Source of the DNA: Catajapyx aquilonaris
Lineage: Eukaryota
Length of the DNA stretch: 51,837 nucleotides
Assembly: GCA_000934665.2 (NCBI GenBank)
Contig: JYFJ02002737.1
Span: 1 to 51,837, forward strand
Direction of reading: 5' to 3'
Shown here: piece by piece, positions 11,888 through 44,619 of the stretch
Numbering within the stretch: the stretch's first letter is position 1
Layout: each line of letters begins with the position of its first letter
Translations under genes and position numbers: made by a program
Notes under the pieces: model-generated
What the model was told of the DNA's origin: nothing
Databases searched by the model: none
What the model saw: the letters and a program-made list of their open reading frames with translations, nothing else

Positions 11888-14800
11888 ATGGCTCTCACCA
11901 AGTTCAGGACTCCACCTAAAGGAAGCTCGCCTGCTGGTGTTGAAAGGGCATTTCAGCAACTGCTTATTAATAATAACAACTCTCCCAGCAATGAATCTCC
12001 AGGGATCAAGGCCACTCCCTACACCATCCAGACTAAGACGTTTTACAAGTCTCCAGTAGCACGTGCCCTTTTCCCACCCAAAATGGTTAGCAGGACCCCA
12101 AGTCCAAAGAAGGTCAACCATAAGGACTCCAAAAAGCGAAAGGCCCCTGCAGTGAAGGGGAGCAGCAGTAAGAAACGGAAGGCTGAGAATTCCTGGAGCA
12201 TCAGTGGTGGAGTGAGCCATGCCATTAAAAAGCCAAAAGCCACCAATCCAACCAAAAGAATCAACAAGCCTGTAGAAAATGTAGTAGAGAATATGTGCCA
12301 AGAAACACCAGTCGAGGACACGCCCACTGAGAAGTCACAACTGGAAGCTTCTCCCAAAATTGAGGAGAAATCACCAAATGCCACACCAGATGTCACACCA
12401 AAAACTTTAGCTAAGAACAAGATGGATAAGCCTGGAGGGCGGTCCTTGAAAGTCGGGCGAGACTCAAGGTTAGTTGTATCGCTTTGCATGCCCTTGATAT
12501 GCAAATACTTAAATAAGTCAGTTGTTTATTTGGTATTTATTTGCCCAGTGAGCTGCAAGGCCATTTTGGGTACTTCACCATAATACATATATGAATAGAT
12601 ATGCCTCAAACCTATGCCTCAAACTGTACAGACAAAACCAAGAAATATAAAATGCTCGCACATAATAATAATAAATACGTAATATTGACAATGAGAGTCA
12701 TCTGTTTACAGTGTATATGAAGCAGAATTTTGCATTGGATTGTTATTTAGTATTTTGTAGATGTAAAGGTCTTCTCTCCAGTGACAGTCCTGTCGTGTTT
12801 CTCCCAATATGCAGTGACAGTCCTGTCACTGCATATTGGGAGAAACACAAGCCAAAATCATGCTTATTTTGTTATACAGGGTGATTCTCCCGAATGGAAA
12901 CCCAAACATTCCTCAATAACTTTTTAACTATGGTATGGTTCCTGATGAAAATTGACATGTACTTACCTTGTATAATGTCAAACAAGGTCTGACTAAAGAA
13001 TTTACCGAAAGTGGTCCCCTCCAGCATCCAAGGATTTTTAAATCCAAGTCTGCATATTGCCGAAGACTCCTGTAGATAGGCGGTGGCGATCCCATCCCTC
13101 TCCCACCCGCCCGCGTGCTTGGCGAGAGGGCATCTCATCATAAATCATCACCATAAATGTTGTTGAACAGAAGGCCTTGCATTTCATCTGTTCCTAGATC
13201 CAGCCCTCCCCCTCCTATTGGTTACCAGATTATGCAACAGGGACATGAATATTTGTTGTTGAAGTAGAGCATTGTTATTGTTTTCAGAATGATGTTCATC
13301 AATGGTGTAATGACATTCAAGAAGGAATCGTCTCCATCTCCCAAGAAGCAGAAACTGGCAGAAAGGCGGCATGCATCGCCAGTCCTTTCTTCCGTTGTTT
13401 CATTTGAAGTTCCTACAGAATCCAAAGTGGAATCAGAACAAATGATTATTGACAGCAAGGTGCATAGCATACTCAGTCGGCTGGAAGCCGATTGGTCAGA
13501 TGGGAAAAGTGAAGACAAAGGATCTCCCACAATGGAAGCAACCACCTCAGCTGCAGCCACATTGGAAGTGAAAATCTTGCCACAAGCTGTGTTGGAAGGG
13601 AAAGCCACTGAGGCCTGTGAGATGGAGCAGGCACCACCCACACAGGCTGAATTGGTAAACTGAAATACTTAGGATCAGGGAATTCTGATGGAAACTGCGT
13701 TAGAATAGCACAGCTGATGTTACATTGAGATGAGTAATTGCAGATTAAGCAAATAATACCAGCCATTCATCCTTATGAAGATTGTGAAAATCCTTCTTTC
13801 TTCTAACTATCGATGTACCTCTCTGGGCAAGTTCAAACCCCATCTGTAATCTTTTAATAGGCCTACTCTGGTAGATAAATATTTGAACCACTGGACCACC
13901 TGGATTCAGTGATTTTTTTCAACTAATTCTTGGAGCCCAACTTGATGAATGACTGAACCCTTAAGCACCATGGCAATCAGGCTCAAGTGGCCCATTTCCA
14001 GGTCCTCCCTCAGCTAGCTCTGAGCTTACTTTCTCACAACAGCCTCTCTAACTTGACCAGCCTGTATAATCAAATTTTGCTGATTGCATGTGATACATGA
14101 AGAATTTTACACAAAAGACTTGCCCAAAATCACCTTATATTATGGCGCAATGGTTCTGGTTCATTAGTATTTTGGTTAAGACCGAAGCAGGCTGGTGTGG
14201 TGGTTAAGGAGCACAACTGCTAATCGGGGAGGTCCTGGGTTTGAATCCCGGGGCCGGCGACCCTGACTGTGGTTTTCCACGGTCCCCCCAGGATAATTCT
14301 GGGGTCATTTCCGTAAAAATAGGCCACAACCGCTTCCTTCCTTCCCTATCCTTGCCCCCATCCATTGGTGGTACTCCACCTCCCTAATGGAGTGCCGATT
14401 CTCCCTATGGGGTATAAATAAATATAAATAAACTCGCTTTGCGAGGCGGGGGGGCTCCGCCCCCCCACACCCCCCGTGGGGCTGCGCCCCGATTGGCGCG
14501 CCTTCGGCGCGCAGGGTCCGCCCCGGGCAGTCTCCCTAACTATGCGACGCCCGGAGCAGGTACCGCCCCACACTTACTCCACTCTCCGATGCGAACACAC
14601 AAAGTCTTTTTACGCAAGAATTGGTCGGAGTGGTATCCGTATACAGAACCCGTGACGTCACGGTCCACAAAGGTGTGGTGTGGAGTATTAAAATGCGCCC
14701 TAGGTGACGTATCATGAAAAAAGGCTAGGCGGGATTAGAGGGAATGGAGCTGTCAGTGGGTGATGGATTAGGCTATTGTTCTCGGGCTTTAACGAACTTC

Positions 14801-17800
14801 TGGGCGACCGAAGCGGGGAGTTGGCGGATACATTAATTTCGCGATCTCGGGTTTGCGTCTACATTTAATTTGGCGATCTCGAAAACGGCTGGGAATTTGG
14901 CGATTATGACGATTTTTGGAATCGGTATATCGGCGGCTAGAAATCCAACGGCGCAAGTCCGACGTCTCTGCGACGCCGGGAAGTGCGAAATCTTTTTCAT
15001 CCTCCTCCTCCTCGTGGGATAGGGGCTTTATGCAGGGTGTTTACGACCTAACTTTACAAACTTCTAGGGGTAATAGAGGGGACCAAGACAAACATTTTTG
15101 ACATAGGAAACCGTGTCCGGAAACGCCATCTAGAGGGGGTTCATAGACAAGGAATGGATGCGCTCAGACACGTCAGGCGAGAGGCGCAAGTCGAGCGGAC
15201 TCTTTTGTTGATAGATGGCGCCCAGTTGTTGCCAGGTTATGGCGTATCGCGTCGTTGTAAGTAAACAACAACACGACACGCCATAACATGGCAACAACAG
15301 AACCGCTGTTGACTATCCGCGCGTCTCCTAGGAGGCGGACTTTAGTTGCTAGATGGCTCTGCTGTTGCCACGTTATGGCACATCGCATCGTTGGTTACTA
15401 TCCGAGCGCCATCTATCAACAAAACAGTCCGCTCGCCTAGCGCCTCACGCGTGACGCGTCTGAGCGCACCCGTCCCTTGTCTATGAACCCCCTCTAGATG
15501 GCGTTTCCGGACACGGTTTCCTATGTCAAAAATGTTTGTCTTGGTCCCCTCTATCACCCCTAGAAGTTTGTAAAGTTAGGTCGCAAACACCCTGTATATA
15601 TTAGAAGAATAGTATCTTGGTTTAGGATGAAGGTCTAGTGTACTTGAGAGTCATGGCAAAGAAAAAACTGCTGTGAACAAAGTCACTGAAATCAATTGAA
15701 GCAAGGCAACTTTCTCTGTGCAGGATACTCTGAATTCTACCGAAGGGCCTTCCAAGGTGCCAGAAGATGAAGAACTGAAGTTGCACTTCACTTCAGATGA
15801 TGACAGCATGCCTGCAAATAGTGGTGATACGTCTGTGATGAAAAAGGCAAGCTCACCTGAAGAAAAGAAGTACTATCCACTTTTCTACAAGTCATCTAAG
15901 CGAACCATCACTAGGTAATTTCTAATCATATTTATCAGAACCATGTTGCTTCAACAATGTTATCAAGTGTAATGGTGATATAAGAGTGGATTTGGTTTAC
16001 AGCAGCAGCCCATCCACACCTAGCAAGCCCAGGAAGAAAAGGCGTCTGGGCCTGGTGAGAGATGAGCCTGGTTATGAGCAGTTGTTGATAGATGCAGGCC
16101 AAAAGAGGTTTGGTAGCACCCTCTGTAAGGTCTGTGGGATCCTCTACAACATTGGGGAGGCAGAGGATGAGCTCATGCATCAGAGACACCACCAGAAGTA
16201 TGCCAGCAACATACAACATAAGGTTAGTTGACCAAGTTGCACAGATTCTGTGGCTGACATGAATGAATGTGCCATGTTTTTAAATAATTTAGTTCACGTC
16301 CATATCAACTGAAATGTTGTGGACATTTTCTGCATCAGCATTCCTGAAGCTGCATACTGTACACCCAGCAAAAAGATGCCAACACACATCCCCTCCACAA
16401 CCTCTCTCTCTTTCTCCTCCTTCCTCCTCCTCCTCCCTCCCCCCCNCCCCGGTGGCAACAGTACTGGTGCACAAACACATTTCTGAAATTGATGTGAACT
16501 GAACTAAATTATGAGACACATGGTATAATGCTTGCATAATGTGCAACAAATCAGTAATACTACAGCAAAACCTGTTTTATATCCTGAACATGTTTTTAAA
16601 CTCACTGCAGAAATTATGTAGCGAAGTTTTTCTGCAGCCAAACTAAGCATTCTCTAACAGCTGAGTATCCCCTGAATCCTTGATCAATTATTATTAGCAA
16701 TTTCATTATCATAATACAGTGAAACCTGTGTATTGCGGAATCGCATGGGGCTCTAAAATTGTTCTGTAATGGATAGGTTTCTGCTATAAATCTTTCTCAT
16801 AGTGTTTTATAACGAATGTCCAGTAGTGAAAGAAGATAGAAACTCCAATTCTTACATGCCAAAATGCATGTAAGAATTTGAGATTCGTAGGGCCAGTTGC
16901 ACCAGCATGAGATGCAGGTTCAGGTATGGGTTTTCCCTCATTCTTAATTTTTAGTTCCTTGTTACCACCAGTTGATAACAAGAGTGGACCTGTACCTGAA
17001 TGTGAATCTTAAGGGGCTTTCAGACATGGCAACCTGGTTCGCAACCTGAAATACATTGAGAGAATAGGAAGTTGTGCGCAACCCAAAAAATGCTGCAACT
17101 AGCGCCGCAACCAGGAGTACATCATAAGGGCAAGATGGAGGAAAATGAGTGGAGGTGTCCTTATGGGGGGATGGAATTAGAATTAAGGGTCGCGAATTTT
17201 ATGAGACGATTTTCTGGGGTCGCCAACAAAAAATATTGGGAAGCCCTGCATTTTAGAAGTTTTCAGAAAGCTTTCAAACCCACGTAGGTGCTACCACGTC
17301 TTGTAATAGGTGCTTATAGCAGCTGATATGCAGCGTGCTCTTCAAGAGACACCATCTTGGAAGTTGCGAGGTGATTGCATGTGATGATCACACGATGGTT
17401 TGCAGGCAACGAGTTGCGAACCGGGTTGCGCAACCAAGTTGACATGTCTGAACGCCCCGTTAAGCTGTGTACACAGTCCTGAATGTATCTGACCTGGTGC
17501 AAACCACCCTTGGGAAATACACAAACACTTTTTGGTTTCTTGGGGCATAAGCTATAACAGCAGCATTCCATGTGGTTGTCACAGCTTCTTGTCCTTCCCT
17601 AGGGCTGGATGAATGAGCGTGTTGTTGGTGAATATACAGAAGGCCGAGTCATTATGATAAAGCCAGATGATCCAAAGCACTGGCTGGAAAGAGTCAAAGT
17701 GGTGCTAGAGTTGGTGGATGAGCAGCTGGGAGTGGAGACATCCAGCAAGTTCACAAGTCACTCCAAGGCTTTCATGTACATTGCAAACAAGGCAATAGTT

Positions 17801-20140
17801 GGATTTCTGTTGTGCGAGGGTGTCCATGTTGGATACCGCATGGAACCAAAAGCAGTGGGAGATGAGAAGAATGCCCTGCCCGTATGCGGTAAAGTGTCAC
17901 ACCCCATCAAGTGTGGCATCAGTCGCATATGGACAGCACCCAGTCACAGGAAGAAGTATATCGCATCAGCCTTGGTTGACTGCATGAGGTCAGTACCAGT
18001 TGTAATAACTGCAGGCAGCATCTTGGGGCTATCTGTTGCTGAAAGATGAATGCTCCCGTACAGTGCTGGCCATATATCGAGGCAACCGCCAGCGACATTT
18101 TTCCGAAGCGGCAGAAGCAGGAATCTTGCTCGCCCGGCTTGTAGCATGCTTACATTCGATTCCTTCTTCTGCCGCTTCGGAAAAATGTCGCTGGCGGTTG
18201 CCTCGATATATGGCCAACACTGTACCTGCCATAAACATGGCACTGAATAATGCATGGCCCCAGTATAACACACCCTTTGCAAAATAATGAGAAAATGACA
18301 CAGAATAGGTAATACCAGGCTCAATAGCCAATTGCAGCCCATCTGTGATATCATTTGTCAAGTTTTGCAAGTGTTCGGTGCTGGCAGGTCACTGTAGGGC
18401 AGTGTTTTAATGATCCAAATCCAAGGATTGGAGTGTGGGGAATGCCTGCTACAGAATGCAGACCTCTTTCAATTTAATTGGCACTTGTCAGTGCCTTGAG
18501 TAATTAAGCTTCGAGTTTGATGGGGAAGAAACCAAAGCAACTATGGGTATCGGGCTATAAAGACCAAAGTGGGACAGATGGAGACAGAAACGAAGAGAAA
18601 AAAGAAGAGAGGAAAGACTGGTATCTCTCTTAGTCTGTCTCCTATCTGAAAGACCTGTTCGACTTGGGTGGCCCTGCCAGTAGACTTGCGTAATTAAGAT
18701 CAGATCCAGTTAACTTAGTGTCTTCAAGCTTACGTTAAGAGCCCCATATGCATGCAAAGTATTGCTACACAGTACTACACTGTACTTAGAACACCCCGAA
18801 TTTTGAACGTTCCCTCCTGTGAAGCGTTACTCACATATTTTCTGTACTTCCATTGCATTATTTTTGGCGGGTTTCGTTACATACCGTACAATGGAAGGTG
18901 ACTCTCCTTCCAAACCGTAACCTTTCTAACCTAACCTTTATGAATTATTATAATATCTAGTGCTTATGTTTAATTGAAGGGTTTGGTAGAAAAACAGGAT
19001 AAGTCTACGTTTGGCCGAAAATGTCTTATGGGTGGTTCTGCCATCTTGTGGCCATTCTGCATCTTTTGGTACAAAAATCAGACATGTAGTCCACTGAGGA
19101 AATACAGCCTTCACAAGTGACCAGCGTACTGTCCAGAGCATGCACCAGCTGCGTTTCGCCCTCTCGAGGGTGAAATTACTGAAGTTACCTCCTAGACTTT
19201 TCGGAAACACGAAGCACACATTTCACGCTTCATTTTGGGGTCCATTCAAAAAACCCCAGAAGTAGCGAACTTTGAGTTATATTAAAATCACAATTTAACC
19301 GCCATCTTGCATTTGAAAGATTTTCTCCCGGCTATTTTCAATGCGATATTATTAAGGGCCTTTCAAAGAGCTTCCAAAATCATGTATCAGATTTGGATTC
19401 AATTTAGGGGTTCAGACATTACAAGCCCTGACAGCCTCAAATGAGTGAAAAATCGCAATTACACACCATGTAGTTTCACAACCACGTGTCACAGAGACGA
19501 AATTTTGGTTGTATCAATATGTATGCCTGTAATAGAGAAAAATGTTTGTCCATGCTCATAACATACACACAAAAATAACTTATTTGGACATGGCTGGTGG
19601 AATTATCCTGTTTTTCCACCAAACCCTTCAATTGCCTTGTCCTATAACATGTTCATGGGTGTAGTACTGTACTTGAGTCTCAATATACAGTTGGATCTGG
19701 ATATAGCAGCCTTGGCTATAAGAGACTCATGGATATAGCAGACTCAAAAGGCTGGCCCTGCCATACTTTCATAATTATGTGGCCTGTGTATTTAGCTATA
19801 ACATACGGATTTCTGGGGTGGCATAAATACCGAATATTGACCCACATATCAGTTGAGCATCATTGTGCAGCAGGAGTGAAGTCTCTGGTAACCTGCAATA
19901 GCCTATTTATCATGGCAATGCTGTACATGAGAATCAACCATTATCACACGCCCTGAAAATCAAACTTATATTAAACTTTTCAGAGCCCAGTTTGTGTACG
20001 GTGAGATTCTCAACATGGACCAGTTTGCCTTCTCTACACCAACCATTGACGGCATGCAGTTTGCTGAGAAGTATGCAAAAACACCATCTTACCTCGTGTA
20101 CAACTCATACGAACCCTACAATCAGTTTAAGAAGATTTGA
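11888..20140 (+). CDS. ESCO2: Eco1/ESCO cohesin (SMC3) N-acetyltransferase, ESCO2-like; 6 coding exons, 633 aa
   Basis: Coding exons: 11888-12468, 13288-13654, 15724-15914, 16003-16222, 17603-17988, 19984-20140 (1902 nt, GT-AG, phases consistent). Contains PIP box QLLIDAGQKRFG, C2H2 finger CKVC...HQRHH, GWMNERVV and the GNAT domain CGISRIW...AFSTPTIDGMQFAEKY. An acceptor at 11884-11885 implies an upstream non-coding exon. ESCO1 versus ESCO2 orthology is inference. Confidence 0.93.
12795..12848. repeat. Perfect hairpin, 26-bp arms with a 2-nt spacer, plus adjacent direct duplication
   Basis: gtgtttctcccaatatgcagtgacag-tc-ctgtcactgcatattgggagaaacac. The string cagtgacagtcctgtc also occurs at 12779-12794. 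Confidence 0.9.
14181..14390 (+). mobile_element. tRNA-derived SINE
   Basis: A-box-like TGGTGTGGTGG and B-box-like GGTTTGAATCC, followed by a non-tRNA body (ggttttccacgg...ggccacaaccgcttccttcc). Confidence 0.75.
15033..15594. mobile_element. Tc1/mariner-type fold-back MITE
   Basis: CAGGGTGTTT termini, TA on the right flank (TG on the left), and arms complementary over more than 200 bp. Confidence 0.85.
16718..16992. mobile_element. pogo/Tigger-like MITE remnant
   Basis: TA-CAGTGAAACCT start and degenerate ...gtggacctg-TA end. Confidence 0.4.
17013..17458. mobile_element. PIF/Harbinger-like MITE
   Basis: TIR GGGGC(T/G)TTCAGACATG, TAA on the left flank, and internal gcaacc/ggttgc repeats. 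Confidence 0.7.
18061..18222. mobile_element. Short Tc1/mariner-type hairpin MITE
   Basis: TA-CAGTG(C/T)TGGCC... arms of about 66 bp, nearly perfect, with TA TSD on both sides. Confidence 0.85.
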
Positions 20141-20426
20141 TTCAGACATGCATGTTGCTGAAAGCATGTACTATCAGTCCACCAAGAATTGTCGTAGCAG
20201 CAGCGCACAAACTACAGTCTACGAGCACTTCCGGGGGGAGAAGTGCTCGTAACTGTAGTTCGTGCACTGCCGCAACGGCAATTCTTGGTGGACTGATAGT
20301 ACATGTTGTGAGTTACTTGGGGAAAGAGATGCTCCTACATATTCACTTTTTTTTTTTTACAAGTTCTAACTATTGCTTCTTCATATCTGTTTGTAAACTC
20401 TTACAGGACCATCACAATATCATGTG

Positions 20427-20432
20427 AATAAA
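20427..20432 (+). terminator. Candidate polyadenylation signal of ESCO
   Basis: First AATAAA downstream of the ESCO stop codon at 20140. Confidence 0.65.
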
Positions 20433-20455
20433 ACAACAACTCATAAGTGAACCTT

Positions 20456-20461
20456 TTTATT
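20456..20461 (-). terminator. Candidate polyadenylation signal of DDX43
   Basis: TTTATT on + (AATAAA on -), about 280 nt downstream of the DDX43 stop codon. Confidence 0.6.
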
Positions 20462-20737
20462 GCATGATATACAACAAAACCTAAATAATACTGGCTGTAG
20501 AAAATCACCTTAACTTCAGCACAAGAAACTGGAACAATGCAACTGTGTCCCAGATACTTATAAGAACCACCTTGACAAAAACATGTGGGACAGGCAGAAA
20601 AGATTTGCTCCTTGTACTTGCAAATTAATCTCTCTTAATCTTTATGAACATGGTTCATTATGACATGATTCAGACTTAAACTTGGCAGGAAACATTTGGT
20701 TTTAACTTTGCCAAATAAATAAATAAAGAGCAACTAA

Positions 20738-41738
<21,001 letters not shown>

Positions 41739-44329
41739 CCTTTCAGGCTTGGTTTCTTCAGAAGATCGCTAGATTCTTCAGCTCTGCTGTGAAGAGAAAA
41801 TATGACAAAAATCAGTAAAAAGTAGACACTCGAGCATCCAAAGTCAGAGAGAATGCAAATTTTACAAGTCCCTGGCACGGTTTGAATCAAGGCCCATATC
41901 CATGTCAAATTTACAAGACCTTCAAACCATGATGAAAAGGCGCTTTTATACACACACTGTACCAAGGAAATCAAGTGAGGCCCAACAGCTCACCTCCATT
42001 TTGGGTTTGCTAACTTGAGTACTTCCCAGGCAAGGCAACTCCTGCCATCCCACTAGTGCTTCTGCCCAGCACATCATGTGACTCAGCACTCAATCTCATC
42101 TCTTCACTACTTGAATGGATTGCTACTTATTGGGATTGACTACATCTGCGAAGTCCCTGCTTTCTTGTGAAAGCACATTAGTATGGTCTTCAATCGCATA
42201 AAATTTTGCTCAAATCGCTTTATAAATAGGGATTTTCCCTACACTGTAATTCATGTACCAGCTATGTCCTACTTCCCAACTAGTACATGTGGCCTTAACA
42301 AGTCCATAGGTAGGACGCAACCGGTACGGAGCCTCGTGTCCTAGCTGTAGCCAGTACACAGATGGTCCACAATTCCAGATGGTATCGCGCTGGTACTGAG
42401 CTGGTATATTGAGGAATCTTGAGAACACTTGTCGACAGGATTTAGGAGGGGGAGGAAGGACAAAAAAAAGTCAGCCCATATATTTCTGAGTCGTTTTTTT
42501 TTTTTTTTAATTGCTTGACTAACCTCAGTGGCCCATCGGCAAATACTTCGAAAATGAGGCAAGATTTTTTTTTTCTCCTCCCTCCCTCCCACCGGGTTTT
42601 CCCCTCTGACTGTATCGGTCGCATCACAGCCATAATACGGAATATTGCATGTTCCGTTCGGTTCAGTCCTCAGTGTCGCTCAGTCTCCAGCAATGGACAG
42701 TGGATGCAGTGTATGTGTGGTGACTGATAGGAATCAGAAGAATTGCAGCTGGACATGTGGCCAGCGCATATTGTGAAGGGCCAGAGTGCTACCTACAACT
42801 GCAAGAGTGCAAGGCTGATATGGTTTTGGGTGCAAGTCAGAACAAGGATTACGACATCAGCATCATATTTTTGTTATTTAACATGTGATTTTGTATATTT
42901 ATTTATAGATAAAATGAAGTGTAAGTGCGTCATTTAAGTTCCGTGTGGAATGTTAATTATTTACAACTATGTGATTTTCCCCCCCTTCAATAAGCGGGGT
43001 GCGGTGATCACCGTTGATGACGTATACATTGGAGGTGGGGGGCGGCATTAAGAGAAGGGGGAAGGGTGGTGGTGGTGAGAAAAGGGGGAAGGGGTTCGGG
43101 TGGTTGGGGGGATCCGAATTTTTTGCCTACGCAGCTGCGCACCTGCAATGTTTACGACATGTACCGGTTGCTAGCCAGGACATCAGCCAGTACCCAGGCG
43201 GTATTTTACGATCACAAAATACCGGCTCCGCCGGTACATGAGCCAGTACATGAATTACAGTGTACATTTATGTCTGAATGCAATCATTACTAGTCTAAGT
43301 CACTTGATTGTATGCAACACATCACAGAATAAGAGAATAAAGGCAAAACAAAATTAATATTTTTGATCAAAGCATGCCTGCCCATTTCTTGAACTTTGTG
43401 TTTTACTCAAATTTTAGATGATCATTTAAGATTTAAGATGATCCTGAAATATATTTTTTTCTTCGTCAATTCAATTGTCCCCTCAACAAGGCACTGAAAA
43501 TCTCCATAATTACTACTTCAAATGTTACACTGCACCTTGCTCACATTTCAGCTGATGTCAGTTGCAAATTGTGGAATAATTGGCAGTTCACAGTCTGCTT
43601 TACTAGCAGCCATCTTGAATCTGAGGGCCGGCGCAAATGGGGAGATTTGGGAGCAACTTATTGCCTGCACACCCACTCAGGATGGCACAGAGCATGCGCT
43701 CTCCTGGGGCAGTGAGCGGGTCCAGATTTCTTGCAGCCAAGAAATTTGGAGCCGATCTGGGAGTGCTGGCGAGGGCTGGGCCGCGACACTCGTACCCTCT
43801 AGCGGGCAACATGAATAATTGGATATGTGCGTACAAGTTGCCTCACTCCCACATTTCCTCGTCTGTTGCGGGTCGGAGGGTGAGAGCCCAGAGACAGGGC
43901 TAACAGATCCAAAAGCCATCTGCCTCACCCTATGGGAGAGTGACTTCAAGTGCATGTGTAATAACTAAGTAATTGATTTTTAGGTTCTAAAAAACCCTCA
44001 ACAGGTAGTAATTTAGGCCCTGAAAACAGTCAAACCGTCAATGCCCAAAATAGGCAGTTTTAGGTTCTGTAAAACTACGAATTTTGAGGTCCTAGTGTTA
44101 TGAAACAGATATATTTTGGTTCCGGTGTTCTGCCTACAAAATATAAAGTACGGGAAAACCTAGAAATCCGTTCTCTGGTAATAACAATACCCACAATTAT
44201 GAATTACTGTGATAACATGCCATGCCCGAATATAAACTTGGAATTTTTTTTAAACGTTACCCCGTGATAGGGACATAGGCCCTTTTAGGGGGGTATGGAA
44301 TACCACCATCCTTCAATTTTTCTGTTATT

Positions 44330-44582
44330 TTTCTTCTGACTCCGGTGCAAGGATGAAAGGATATCCATGGGTAAGGATGGGGATTTCTGGGGAGGTGCAA
44401 GTGCGATGTCTGGAAAGGGGTCATGTGCAGTCTCCCAGGAGGCTAGGTTGCCAAGACGCCCCCTAGGCATGGGTAAGAGACCCACTGACGCAGGCGGAAG
44501 GGAACTCCCGGGCGGGGATCGAACCTGTGACCTTCCGCACAGCAAGCCGAGACGCTACCATCTCTGCCACCACGCCTCCCCC
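44330..44582 (-). mobile_element. tRNA-derived SINE (second copy)
   Basis: On the minus strand: gggggaggcgtggtggcagagatggtagcgtctcggcttgctg...GGTTCGATCCC, homologous to 23251-23450. Confidence 0.8.
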
Positions 44583-44619
44583 AATTTGGAATTATTCACA
44601 CACAATTAGAGCACAGTAA

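Noticed and set aside
15004..15030. CCTCCTCGTGG, resembling the P3/L3 of HDV-like ribozymes; also acctcctgggg in the SINE body
   Set aside because: I could not build P1, P2 or P4 pairings. The first lies in a (CCT)n run and is probably chance.
17944..18370. ORFs on both strands sharing the peptide AIYRGNRQRHFSEAAE
   Set aside because: An artefact of the palindromic MITE at 18061-18222.
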